Assembly: GCA_045631525.1 (NCBI GenBank)
Contig: JAZQUY010000007.1
Coordinates: 28,899-92,898, forward strand
Length of the DNA stretch: 64,000 bases
Direction: 5' to 3'
Origin: Clostridia bacterium
GTDB lineage: Bacteria; Bacillota; Clostridia; Monoglobales; Monoglobaceae
Shown here: positions 8,281-17,330 of the stretch, piece by piece
How the letters are laid out: every line of letters starts with the position of its first letter
Numbering within the stretch: position 1 is the stretch's first letter
The notes under the pieces: generated by a model
Database searches by the model: none
What the model was told of the DNA's origin: nothing
The model's input: the letters and a program-made list of their open reading frames with translations, nothing else
Program-made: the position numbers and the translations under genes

Positions 8281-9900
8281 TCAGGGAAGATTTATGATTT
8301 TTTCTCGAAGTTTCAATATATATGAGGGTGATACAGACAGTTCATCAATTCCCATATCAATAAATTTTTCGGTAAGCTCCATATCAGCGCCAAGTTCTCC
8401 GCAGATGCCTACCCATTTGCCGTATTTGTGGGCATTTTTGACCACCATTTCTATAAGCCGCAAAATTGCGGTGTGATGCGGGTCAAAAAAAGGTTCCAAG
8501 TGGCTGTTTTGGCGGTCTATTGCAAGAGTGTATTGGGAAAGGTCGTTGGTCCCTATGCTGAAAAAATCCACCTCAGGAGCAAGGAGGTCCGAGATAATAG
8601 CCGCTGCGGGGGTTTCAATCATTATTCCAAGCTGTATGTTTTCATTGAATGGAATATTCTCACAGCGAAGTTCGTCTTTTGCCTCTTTGAAAACTTGTTT
8701 TGCTTTTTTGACTTCCTGAGAGGATATTATCATAGGGAGCATAATCGAAATATTTCCGTAAGCTGATGCACGGAGAAGCGCCCGAAGTTGAGTTTTGAAA
8801 ACATTTGTATCGGTGAGACATATCCTTATTGCACGAAAACCCAGGGCAGGATTTTCTTCTTTTGGGAGATTGAAATAATCTATTTGCTTGTCGGCACCAA
8901 TATCGAGAGTTCTCACAATAACAGGTTTTCCAAGCATCCTTTCGGCTACCTCTTTGTATATGGCAAACTGCTCATCCTCGGTGGGGAAATCCTTTCGCTG
9001 AAGATACAAAAATTCGCTTCTGAAAAGACCTATACCCCCTGCGTCATTCTGGATTACTGAGGCAAGGTCGGAGGGACCGCCGATGTTTGCAAAAACATCT
9101 ATTTTGCGGTTGGATTTTGTTATGTTGGGTTTCCCTTTGAGGTTTGAGAGAAGCTCAATACGTTCTTCCTCGAGGGCTTTTCGTTGCTTGAAATCTGCAA
9201 TTTTTTCGTCATTTGGATTTATGAAAAGTGCACCGCTATAACCGTCGAGGATTGCATTTTCGCCGTGGTGGGAACAAGGGATTTTGCCTGTACCGATTAT
9301 GGCGGGAATATTCATCGTCCGTGCAAGAATTGCGGTGTGGGAGGAGGGAGAGCCGCCAAAGGTCACGAAACCTAAAATCTTTTCTCTATCAAGCTGTACG
9401 GTTTCGCTGGGTGTTAGATCCTCTGCCACAATTATTGAGGGTTCATTAAGAAGATTTTTGTCTTTGTCTTCACCTGAAAGCTTTGTAATCAGGCGGTTTG
9501 ATATGTCGTTTACATCGCTGGCACGTGCCTGCATATATTCGTCATCCATCTCTGAAAACGACCTTGCAAAAATATCCGAGGTATAGCTTACGGCATATTC
9601 GGCATTTACCCTTTGATTTTGTATCATTGCCCGTATTGCCCCGAAATAATCCTCGTCATCAAGCATCATAAGATGAATCTGGAATATCTGGGCATTGGCC
9701 TCTCCAACTTCTGTGAGAGACTTTTTGTAGAGTATCTGAAGTTCTTCCTTTGCGGTATTTCGCGCGGCTTCGAATCTCAATATTTCAGCTCTTGTGTCAG
9801 AAATTTTAAGCCGTTTTATTGTGGGGACTTTGCCACTAAGAAAATGCAGTTTTCCCATTGATAATGCGTTATAGACGCTTTTGCCGTTAAATTCAAGCAT
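8281..9900 (-). CDS. ptsI: Phosphoenolpyruvate-protein phosphotransferase (PTS Enzyme I)
   Basis: EI hallmarks: phospho-His region GGSPSSHTAILARTMNIPAI, PEP-binding TIM barrel (IVRTLDIGADK, MIETPAA, FSIGTNDLSQYTLA). Start set at the internal ATG (MLEFNGKS...); the 58-codon upstream extension in the ORF track has no EI similarity. Confidence 0.9.
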   Translation of the reverse strand: MLEFNGKSVYNALSMGKLHFLSGKVPTIKRLKISDTRAEILRFEAARNTAKEELQILYKKSLTEVGEANAQIFQIHLMMLDDEDYFGAIRAMIQNQRVNAEYAVSYTSDIFARSFSEMDDEYMQARASDVNDISNRLITKLSGEDKDKNLLNEPSIIVAEDLTPSETVQLDREKILGFVTFGGSPSSHTAILARTMNIPAIIGTGKIPCSHHGENAILDGYSGALFINPNDEKIADFKQRKALEEERIELLSNLKGKPNITKSNRKIDVFANIGGPSDLASVIQNDAGGIGLFRSEFLYLQRKDFPTEDEQFAIYKEVAERMLGKPVIVRTLDIGADKQIDYFNLPKEENPALGFRAIRICLTDTNVFKTQLRALLRASAYGNISIMLPMIISSQEVKKAKQVFKEAKDELRCENIPFNENIQLGIMIETPAAAIISDLLAPEVDFFSIGTNDLSQYTLAIDRQNSHLEPFFDPHHTAILRLIEMVVKNAHKYGKWVGICGELGADMELTEKFIDMGIDELSVSPSYILKLREKIINLP

Positions 9901-10103
9901 CGGTATTCGTTCCTTTCGGGAGTTTGTAAATAAGTATTCGTAAATTATTATAAACAAAAAATGCATAAACATACACAAAATACATGTGTGATGTTTTTTA
10001 ATATTTTCAAAAGGACGAATTTTTATCATAAAAACCGCCTTGTCCGCATAGGATTTTTTAGGATTAAAATTCAAATGTACACCCGCAAACGGAGGCGTGT
10101 TTT

Positions 10104-12734
10104 ATGGAAAAGATAAAGGGTTTGTCAAAAGAACAGGTTGAAAAGTCAAGAATGGAAAGTGGCAGCAACCACCTTTCAGAAAAGGAAAAGACAACGCTTT
10201 GGCAAAAATACTGGGAAAAGTTTGATGACCCCATCATAATTGTTTTGCTCGTGGCTCTTGGGATAAACATTGTGTTCACCTTTTTGGGAAAGGTGGACTG
10301 GTTTGAATGTGTGGGCATATTTGTTTCAATTCTTATTGCAACCTGCGTGAGTGCCCTTTCTGAATACAGAAACGAGGAGACTTTCAGAAAAATTCAGGCT
10401 GAGGCATCGCGGATAATGTGCAAGGTATATAGGGATGGGGACCTTTCGGAAATTATCATTGATGATATTGTGAAAGGGGATTTTGTTCTTCTTCAGGCGG
10501 GGGATATTGTTCCTGCAGATGGCTTTGTGGTAAGCGGCAGTATAAAGGTTGACCAGTCAGCATTAAACGGCGAAAATCGAGAGATTTTGAAAATACCATT
10601 TGAGAAACAGCCTCAATATCGGACAAGACTGGTGGATTTCTGGGATAAAAACAGCTTGTATCGGGGCGGAATTGTGTGCAGTGGTCAATGCGTTATGGAA
10701 GTAACCCAGGTAGGGGATGAAACGGTTTATGGTGGACTCAGCAAGGAAAGTGAGGACAAGGACAGAAAAAGTCCTCTTCAGGTGAAACTTTCGGACCTTG
10801 CAAGGTGGATAAGCGGTTTCGGATATATGGGTGCGGCGCTGGTAACGGCGGTTTATATCATCAAAAAGTTTTTTGTGGAAAACGGATGGAGTGCTTTGGC
10901 AATTACGGAATATTTTTCTGATAAAGCACAAGTGATTTCAGATGTGGTAAACAGCATTATCGTGGGGATTACCGTTGTGGTTATGGCGGTTCCTGAGGGG
11001 CTTCCTTTGATGGTTGCCATCGTGTGCTCACTCAATATGAAAAAAATGATGAAAAGCAATGTTCTTGTGAGAAAGCTCATAGGCATAGAAACAGCAGGAA
11101 GTATAAACATTTTGTTCACCGACAAAACAGGAACGATAACCTGTGGAAAGCTTTCTGTCGCGGAATTTGTTGATGGAGCCGGAAATACATATGACAGCAA
11201 AAGGGGACTTTCGGAATTTCACAGACAAATGGTTGATATATCAGTGCTTGGGAATTCTGCGGCACAAATGTCAAAGGGCAGGGTGGTAGGCGGAAATGCC
11301 ACAGAAAAGGCACTTCTGGAATTTGTTTATCGGGGAGATAAACCCACTGTGAAAATTGAAAAGGTGAAAGAAGCACTGTTTTCAAGCGAGGCAAAATTCT
11401 CTAAAGCTGAGGTTTGCGGGGATTTTCAAGGTGTGCTTATTAAGGGAGCCCCTGAAAAAATACTTAAAAATTGTGACAGCTTTTTTGATGGGACTGGGAA
11501 AAAGCAGAGCTTTAAATCCAAAAATCATCTGCAAAAAATTATTGACCGCATGGCTATGCGGTCAATGAGAGTTTTGGCGCTTGCTGTGTCAGGAGACTAT
11601 TATGAGGACAAAGTTCCTGAAAAAATGACCCTTGTAGGTCTTGTAGGTATAAGAGATGATCTGAGAATTGACGTTACTGCATCTGTTAGAGAGGTGAAGC
11701 GGGCGGGGATACAGACCGTTATGATAACAGGAGACAAAAAAGAAACCGCCATTGCTATTGCAAAAGAGGCGGAAATTCTTGATGGCGCTCAAAATGTGGT
11801 GCTTACCTCGGAAGACCTTCAAAGGATGAGCGATGATGAGGTGTGTGAAATACTCCCACGGCTCAGGGTTGTATCAAGAGCACTTCCCACAGACAAAAGT
11901 CGGCTTGTGAGACTTGCACAGGAAAAAGGTCTCGTGGTGGGAATGACAGGTGATGGCGTAAATGACCTGGCGGCACTCCGTCGGGCAGATGTTGGTTTCG
12001 CTATGGGAAGCGGCGCCGATGTGGCAAAGGAGGCAGGTGATATTGTCATTCTTGACGACAATTTTTCATCCGTCAGGTCTGCGGTGCTTTTTGGACGGAC
12101 AATATATAAAAGCATAAAAAAATTTATTGTCTTTCAAATGACAATAAATATAGCAGCAGTATTGGTTTCGGCATTCGGTCCCCTTGTGGGCATAGATAAG
12201 CCCCTGGGGATAACCCAGATGCTTTGGGTAAATCTTGTTATGGACACTCTTGGTGCCATAGCCTTCGGTGGCGAAGGGGCGCTTAAAAAATATATGCTTG
12301 ACAGACCAAAGAAAAGGGAAGAAAAAATCCTTGACAAAAAGGCCTGGAGCCAGATAACGGTAAACGGTATGTTTATATTCCTCATGAGTATGTTTATGTT
12401 TTTGTCAAAGGATATGCACTATGCCTTTCGTCAGGCAGATAATGATATGATTTTTTACACCGGTTTTTTCAATTTCTTTGTGTTTGCAGGTACAATCAAT
12501 GCTTTCAGTGTAAGGTGTGACGGAATTGATTTGTTTGAAAACATTTCACTGAACAAGCCGTTTCTTGTGATCATGTGTCTTATTATGGCGGTGCAGATTT
12601 TTATGACATATTTCGGCGGAGCGGTTCTCAGAACAGCACCGCTTGCTCCAAATGAATGGGTGACTGCGGTGCTTCCCGCACTTCTTATAATCCCTCTGGA
12701 CCTTGCAAGAAAAATTATATCAGGAAAAAAATAG
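10104..12734 (+). CDS. Calcium-translocating P-type ATPase (P2-type)
   Basis: 876 aa with PEGLP, phosphorylation motif DKTGTIT, hinge TGDGVNDLAALRRADVGFAMG, and 10 TM-like segments. Confidence 0.85.
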   Translation: MEKIKGLSKEQVEKSRMESGSNHLSEKEKTTLWQKYWEKFDDPIIIVLLVALGINIVFTFLGKVDWFECVGIFVSILIATCVSALSEYRNEETFRKIQAEASRIMCKVYRDGDLSEIIIDDIVKGDFVLLQAGDIVPADGFVVSGSIKVDQSALNGENREILKIPFEKQPQYRTRLVDFWDKNSLYRGGIVCSGQCVMEVTQVGDETVYGGLSKESEDKDRKSPLQVKLSDLARWISGFGYMGAALVTAVYIIKKFFVENGWSALAITEYFSDKAQVISDVVNSIIVGITVVVMAVPEGLPLMVAIVCSLNMKKMMKSNVLVRKLIGIETAGSINILFTDKTGTITCGKLSVAEFVDGAGNTYDSKRGLSEFHRQMVDISVLGNSAAQMSKGRVVGGNATEKALLEFVYRGDKPTVKIEKVKEALFSSEAKFSKAEVCGDFQGVLIKGAPEKILKNCDSFFDGTGKKQSFKSKNHLQKIIDRMAMRSMRVLALAVSGDYYEDKVPEKMTLVGLVGIRDDLRIDVTASVREVKRAGIQTVMITGDKKETAIAIAKEAEILDGAQNVVLTSEDLQRMSDDEVCEILPRLRVVSRALPTDKSRLVRLAQEKGLVVGMTGDGVNDLAALRRADVGFAMGSGADVAKEAGDIVILDDNFSSVRSAVLFGRTIYKSIKKFIVFQMTINIAAVLVSAFGPLVGIDKPLGITQMLWVNLVMDTLGAIAFGGEGALKKYMLDRPKKREEKILDKKAWSQITVNGMFIFLMSMFMFLSKDMHYAFRQADNDMIFYTGFFNFFVFAGTINAFSVRCDGIDLFENISLNKPFLVIMCLIMAVQIFMTYFGGAVLRTAPLAPNEWVTAVLPALLIIPLDLARKIISGKK

Positions 12735-12737
12735 GTT

Positions 12738-13631
12738 TTACACTCCGCTTAGGTCAAAGGGCGGGGTGTATTTTTTGTCCGCACTTTGCTTCCCTTGAAC
12801 AAAAGCCTTTTCAAAACCTTTTTGGAGAGCAAATTCTGTTACGGATTCATATTCAAAGGTGGTGAGCGGTCGATTTATTTCGGGGTATGCGGATAGATTT
12901 CCGTTTGGGGTGTACTGTCTCATTATGCTGAGCAAGAATTTATCGGTGCCAAAGGTGTCTGCAAGGTACGACAAAATTTCAATAGAGTCTTGTCTTAAGG
13001 TGGGGAGTACCAGATGGCGAACAATTGTGCCAGAAAGCATAATGCCGCTCGCGGAAAGGGCGGGTGTGCCAGTTTGGCTGAGCATTTCAGAGAGGGCTGC
13101 GGAGGCTTTTTCAAAGTAGTCTTCTGCCAGACTGTATTTCTTTGAAAAAACGGGATTTTTGTATTTGATATCCACAAGATAAATATCGATATAATCTTTT
13201 AACCGGCGTAGAGTATCAAGACTTTCATATCCGCTGCTGTTGTAAACAAAGGGGATCTTTATTTTTTCGCGCACCAAATCTATGGCATCACAGATTTGCG
13301 GAACATAAGGGGTGGGGGTTACGAGATTTATGTTGTGGGCACCAAGGGATTCAAGTTCAAGGAAGATTTCCGCAAGGCGATTAACAGAAATTTCTTTCCC
13401 AAAATACTGCTGACTGATTTCGAAATTCTGGCAGTAGACACATTTTAAATTGCAGCCGCAAAAGAAAATCGTTCCGCTGCCCATATTTCCGCTGATGCAA
13501 GGCTCTTCCCAATGGTGGAGGGAGGCTCTTGCGATTTTGATTTTGTCTGTTGCACCGCAAAATCCCGCACTCACAGTGCGGTCAGATTTACAACTTCTTG
13601 GGCATAGCGTGCAGCTTTTGAGGATTTCCAT
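12738..13631 (-). CDS. Radical SAM protein, PflX-like (pyruvate formate-lyase activase homologue)
   Basis: CxxxCxxC cluster CNLKCVYCQN, about 300 aa. Start chosen at the ATG behind AGGAGA (MEILKSCTLCPRSC); the ORF-track start at 13652 has no RBS. Confidence 0.65.
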   Translation of the reverse strand: MEILKSCTLCPRSCKSDRTVSAGFCGATDKIKIARASLHHWEEPCISGNMGSGTIFFCGCNLKCVYCQNFEISQQYFGKEISVNRLAEIFLELESLGAHNINLVTPTPYVPQICDAIDLVREKIKIPFVYNSSGYESLDTLRRLKDYIDIYLVDIKYKNPVFSKKYSLAEDYFEKASAALSEMLSQTGTPALSASGIMLSGTIVRHLVLPTLRQDSIEILSYLADTFGTDKFLLSIMRQYTPNGNLSAYPEINRPLTTFEYESVTEFALQKGFEKAFVQGKQSADKKYTPPFDLSGV

Positions 13632-13766
13632 AAAAATTCTCCTATTCAGCATTTGTATGATTTAAGTATATTTCAAAGGAAACCCAGTGTCAATATTTTG
13701 GGTAAATTTTCAAAAATGTATTGACAAATTTTTCTTAATATGATATTTTATTTTATGTTAAAATAG

Positions 13767-13779
13767 TTTGAACTTCAAA
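13767..13779. promoter_or_regulatory. Palindrome TTTGAA-C-TTCAAA, candidate MarR operator
   Basis: Perfect 6+1+6 inverted repeat between a TTGACA-17-TATTTT promoter-like element (13721..13749) and the MarR RBS. Confidence 0.3.
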
Positions 13780-13800
13780 GTATTTTGCGAGGTGATAATT

Positions 13801-14271
13801 TTGGATAAAAATCAAAAGGAAAAGCTTAATTATTTTTTGGTGCATATTTTCAATCACATTTTGTCCTGGGAGGAGAGCAGCTTCAAGGAAATGGGCATTT
13901 CGGATTTGTCTCTTCGAGAGCTTCACGTGATTGAGGCAGTATGTAATCTCAAAAAATCAGAAAAAAACCGTATGTCGGACATTGCGAATTATCTGTCTAT
14001 CACACCGGGGTCACTCACTACGTCGGTTAATACCTTGGTGAAAAAAGGCTATCTTGTACGCGAGAATGACAAGAATGACAGACGTGTGGTTTTGATTGTT
14101 CCAAGTGAAAAGGCTGAAAAGGTAAATGATATACACGCTACGTTTCATTCTTCAATGATTGAAAAAGTGGCAGAAGCTGTTGGCGACGACGAAAGCCACG
14201 TTCTTGTTAAAACTTTAGAGAAACTAAGCATATTTTTTACAGAAAAATCGGAAGTGAGGAGAAGAAAATGA
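13801..14271 (+). CDS. MarR-family transcriptional regulator
   Basis: Winged-helix region MSDIANYLSITPGSLTTSVNTLVKKGYLVRENDKNDRRVVLIV. TTG start 7 nt after a GAGGTG RBS. The stop overlaps the next start (ATGA). Confidence 0.8.
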   Translation: MDKNQKEKLNYFLVHIFNHILSWEESSFKEMGISDLSLRELHVIEAVCNLKKSEKNRMSDIANYLSITPGSLTTSVNTLVKKGYLVRENDKNDRRVVLIVPSEKAEKVNDIHATFHSSMIEKVAEAVGDDESHVLVKTLEKLSIFFTEKSEVRRRK

Positions 14272-15941
14272 AAAAAGAATTTAGAGAGTATGAGGTTGAG
14301 GAATTTACAAGTCTTCGTCAGGCGGTAAAAAGACACGTTGACCGTCATGGCGATAGGCCTGCATTCAAATTCCGCGAGAAAAAAGAGATAAAAACGGTTA
14401 CATATCGTGAGTTTTATAATGATTCACTTTATCTTGGAAATGCGCTCCTGAAACGCGGGTTTGTTGATAAACATGTTGCCTGCATCGGTGACAACTGCTA
14501 CCGCTGGCTGGTGGTACACAGCACTATGATGAATTCAAACGGTGTTTATGTGCCCCTTGACAGACAGCTTCCCAAACAGGATATTGTGACAGTTCTCAAT
14601 CACAGTGATTCAGAGGCACTGTTCTTCACAAAGAAATATATCAAAATTCTTGATGAAATCAGGGAAGAAATTCCAAATATAAAAATGTTTGTTTGCCTTG
14701 ATGCTGAAGCTGAGGAGGGAAAGTATCTTTCTTTTGACGATTTGATGGCAGAGGGCAAGGCGCTTATGGACTTGGGCTTCAACGAATACGAAAAAATTGA
14801 AGGCGACACCGATGCTATGCGTCTTTTGGTTTATACCTCGGGTACAACCGGTATGGCAAAGGGTGTTATGCTTTCAGAACGCAACGTTATGACCTGTATA
14901 AACACGGGTCTTCGCCTTACAAGACTTTATGACAGAGCAATTTCTTTGCTTCCTTATCACCACACATACGAGGGTATAGGTCTTATCGCTGAGCTTGCTT
15001 GCGGTGTTACTATTTTTATCAATGACAGTATGAAAAATATCCTCAAAAACTTTGAGGAGTTTAAGCCTGAAACTGCATTTTTGGTGCCGGCACATCTTGA
15101 GGCTTTTTACAAAAGAATCAACAAGGCAATCGGCAAGAAAAAGCCTCTTATTGACGGAATGATTGCGGTTTCAAACGGTCTTCGCAAATGCGGAATTGAT
15201 TTGAGACGCAAGATGTTTGGTATGATACTTGAGCCTTTCGGAGGTGAGCTTCGCAAGGTAATAAGTGGCGGTGCACCAATCCGTCCTGAAATCGCAGACT
15301 TTTTTGAGGCTATTGGTGTTACTGTGGTGAATGGCTATGGAATAACAGAATGTTCGCCCCTTGTTGCAATAACCCGTGAGGGATACGATGATTGTTATAC
15401 CGCAGGCGTTCCCATTGGTTCTGTGAAAGTGAAGATTAAAGACCCTGACGAAAACGGAATTGGTGAGGTTTGTGTAAAAGGAACATCGGTTATGCTTGGT
15501 TATTACAAAAATCAGGAGGCAACCGACCGTGTTATGGAAGACGGCTGGTTCAACACCGAGGATTTGGGTATGCTTGACGAAATGGGGCGCCTTAAAATCA
15601 CAGGTCGTTCAAAGAACCTGATTGTCCTCAGAAACGGCAAGAACATCTTCCCCGAGGAAATCGAAAATTATATTTTGTCACTTCCCTATGTGGCAGAGGC
15701 AGCGGTAACCCCATGGCACGATGAAAGCGGTGAGGAATCAGGACTTTGTGCACACATTTATCTTGACCCACAGAGCGAAATGGCGGAGGATAGCGACCGC
15801 GAGACAAAAATCCGTGATGACGTGTCAAGGGTTATGAAAGAACTCCCCGTGTACAAACAGGTAAGCCGTATAAACATAAGAAAAGAAGAATTTATCAAGA
15901 CTACAACCAATAAGATAAAAAGAAATGAAATAGAGAAATAA
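14268..15941 (+). CDS. AMP-dependent synthetase/ligase (long-chain fatty-acid-CoA ligase-like)
   Basis: 557 aa with AMP-binding motif LVYTSGTTGMAKGVMLS, GYGITE and C-terminal KI.R motifs. Translationally coupled to the MarR gene. Confidence 0.8.
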   Translation: MKKEFREYEVEEFTSLRQAVKRHVDRHGDRPAFKFREKKEIKTVTYREFYNDSLYLGNALLKRGFVDKHVACIGDNCYRWLVVHSTMMNSNGVYVPLDRQLPKQDIVTVLNHSDSEALFFTKKYIKILDEIREEIPNIKMFVCLDAEAEEGKYLSFDDLMAEGKALMDLGFNEYEKIEGDTDAMRLLVYTSGTTGMAKGVMLSERNVMTCINTGLRLTRLYDRAISLLPYHHTYEGIGLIAELACGVTIFINDSMKNILKNFEEFKPETAFLVPAHLEAFYKRINKAIGKKKPLIDGMIAVSNGLRKCGIDLRRKMFGMILEPFGGELRKVISGGAPIRPEIADFFEAIGVTVVNGYGITECSPLVAITREGYDDCYTAGVPIGSVKVKIKDPDENGIGEVCVKGTSVMLGYYKNQEATDRVMEDGWFNTEDLGMLDEMGRLKITGRSKNLIVLRNGKNIFPEEIENYILSLPYVAEAAVTPWHDESGEESGLCAHIYLDPQSEMAEDSDRETKIRDDVSRVMKELPVYKQVSRINIRKEEFIKTTTNKIKRNEIEK

Positions 15942-16068
15942 TATCGGAAAAGTTTACTCATCTTGCACATTTCTCGCTCGCATACACGAAGTATAGCCTC
16001 GTTCACAGAAATGTACAATCTAAGCAAATTTATGTATGATACCGTGTGCAGCTTGTGGAATTTAAAAC

Positions 16069-16103
16069 AAAAAAAAGACAACTACGAAAGTAGTTGTCTT
16101 TTT
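16069..16103 (+). terminator. Rho-independent terminator after the ligase gene
   Basis: AAAAAA-AAGACAACTAC-gaaa-GTAGTTGTCTT-TTT. Confidence 0.8.
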
Positions 16104-16175
16104 ACTTGGCTAACGCTCAATTATAATACCAGAATATAAATAGTGCATTTTGGAAAAAGATTAGTTCATAGCGAA

Positions 16176-16550
16176 CTAATCTACTCTTCGCCATCTTTGG
16201 TATTCTCCTGCATTTTCAACAAGCACTATATCTGTGCTTTCTACTGTGATGTCAAGAGTTAACTCGTTACCGCTAAAGTCGAACACTAAGAACTTGTCCT
16301 CAATCAGTTTCCATTCACCACTAGCATCTAACAACCCCAATTCCATAGTATAAAAGGTGGAATCTTCTTCAAAAATCATATAAGCTTTTTCATCATCAGA
16401 CAATGTTGAGTCAAACTCTGTTCCATTAGCTGAGTCTGAATACTCACTCATTTCCCATTTGCCAACCAACGAAAAGGCTCTATCATTATTGCATCCTGCC
16501 ATCGAGAAACAGAATATGCCAATGAGAAGTAATGCAATTAACTTTTTCAC
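16176..16550 (-). CDS. Small lipoprotein (lipocalin-like), function unknown
   Basis: Signal peptide with lipobox FSMAG|C. GTG start 8 nt after GGAGG (the ORF-track start at 16559 abuts the RBS). AT-rich relative to its neighbours. Confidence 0.6.
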   Translation of the reverse strand: MKKLIALLLIGIFCFSMAGCNNDRAFSLVGKWEMSEYSDSANGTEFDSTLSDDEKAYMIFEEDSTFYTMELGLLDASGEWKLIEDKFLVFDFSGNELTLDITVESTDIVLVENAGEYQRWRRVD

Positions 16551-16580
16551 TTCATTCACCTCCTCTTACCCAAAATCTAA

Positions 16581-16654
16581 TGTATACATTATATAATCTA
16601 CAAGTCTACTTGTCAAGTATTAAATCATATTAAAATGTTAACATTATATAATGA
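16581..16654. promoter_or_regulatory. Two copies of an 18 bp operator-like repeat (ATGTaTACATTATATAAT / ATGTtAACATTATATAAT)
   Basis: Copies at 16581..16598 and 16636..16653 (16/18 identical, 55 bp apart). The second contains the perfect 12 bp palindrome CATTATATAATG (16643..16654). Both lie between the divergent XRE and lipoprotein genes. Confidence 0.45.
16589..16617 (-). promoter_or_regulatory. Promoter of the lipoprotein gene
   Basis: Minus strand reads TTGACA-17 nt-TATAAT; the -10 lies inside operator-like repeat 1. Confidence 0.45.
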
Positions 16655-16671
16655 TAAAGTGAGATGACTCT

Positions 16672-16878
16672 ATGAAATTAAGAGTGTTAGAAATTTTAAA
16701 GGAAAAGAACAAAACAAAATATTGGTTGTATATACAAATGGGGTTAAGTTACCAAAATTTCAACAAAATGATAAATAATCAAACAACGGCGATTAAATTT
16801 GAAAACTTGTGTTCTTTATGTCAAATTTTAGAGTGTACTCCAAATGATTTGTTTGAAGAATATCATACCAAAAAATAA
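16672..16878 (+). CDS. XRE (Cro/CI)-family helix-turn-helix regulator
   Basis: 68 aa; HTH_3-like sequence KTKYWLYIQMGLSYQNFNKMINNQTTAIKFENLCSLCQILECTPNDLFE. Confidence 0.75.
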   Translation: MKLRVLEILKEKNKTKYWLYIQMGLSYQNFNKMINNQTTAIKFENLCSLCQILECTPNDLFEEYHTKK

Positions 16879-17056
16879 TACATTTTTGTTTAGAAAAGTT
16901 TTTTAGTGAATTGTGCGACAGCAAACAGATTAAAAATCTGCGTTTTTATCTATTATATAAATTACCATAATAATTCTCTTTTTAGAAAACTTTATTTAAG
17001 GAGTTTTGGGCAAAATGAAAGAAGCGTAATTTTGTATCAAAACTACGCTTCTTCTT

Positions 17057-17132
17057 TGGTGGAGATGAGGAGAGTCGAACTCCTGACCCCCTGCTTGCAA
17101 GGCAGGTGCTCTCCCAACTGAGCTACACCCCC
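17057..17132 (-). tRNA. tRNA-Ala (anticodon UGC)
   Basis: The reverse complement GGGGGTGTAGCTCAGTTGGGAGAGCACCTGCCTTGCAAGCAGGGGGTCAGGAGTTCGACTCTCCTCATCTCCACCA has the G3:U70 identity pair, anticodon loop CT-TGC-AA, and an encoded CCA. Confidence 0.9.
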
Positions 17133-17213
17133 AAATTTTATGTGTGCCTTTTGGCAACAAATGAATTATAGCACAATGTTTTCCATTTGTAAAGAGAAAT
17201 TTTTAAAATTTTT

Positions 17214-17251
17214 AAAAAAAGAAAACAGCTGAATGGTTTCAGCTGTTTTTT
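17214..17251. terminator. Bidirectional terminator downstream of rpmE
   Basis: AAAAAAAGAAAA-CAGCTGA-atggtt-TCAGCTG-TTTTTT, with A/T tracts on both sides. Confidence 0.7.
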
Positions 17252-17330
17252 GGTGTAGAATTTTTAAATTTAAACTTATTTGAAACATCCGAGGACATTT
17301 CCTGAAAAAATTATTCGGTAAGAGAAAATA

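Noticed and set aside
9901-10074. Upstream extensions of ORF-track starts: ptsI 58 codons, topA 26, aroE 19, infC 24, metF 15, metH 13, PucR 19, tspO 29, and others.
   Set aside because: The extensions have no similarity to the respective families and lack an RBS. In each case an internal start with a proper Shine-Dalgarno sequence and the expected N-terminus is present.
16906-17121. ORF 16906..17121 (+, 71 aa).
   Set aside because: It overlaps tRNA-Ala antisense, has no RBS and its composition is low-complexity.
15950-17140. Possible integrated mobile element at tRNA-Ala.
   Set aside because: There is no integrase, recombinase or transposase gene and no duplicated tRNA 3' segment, and only two small genes are present. 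It is kept only as a low-interest compositional observation.
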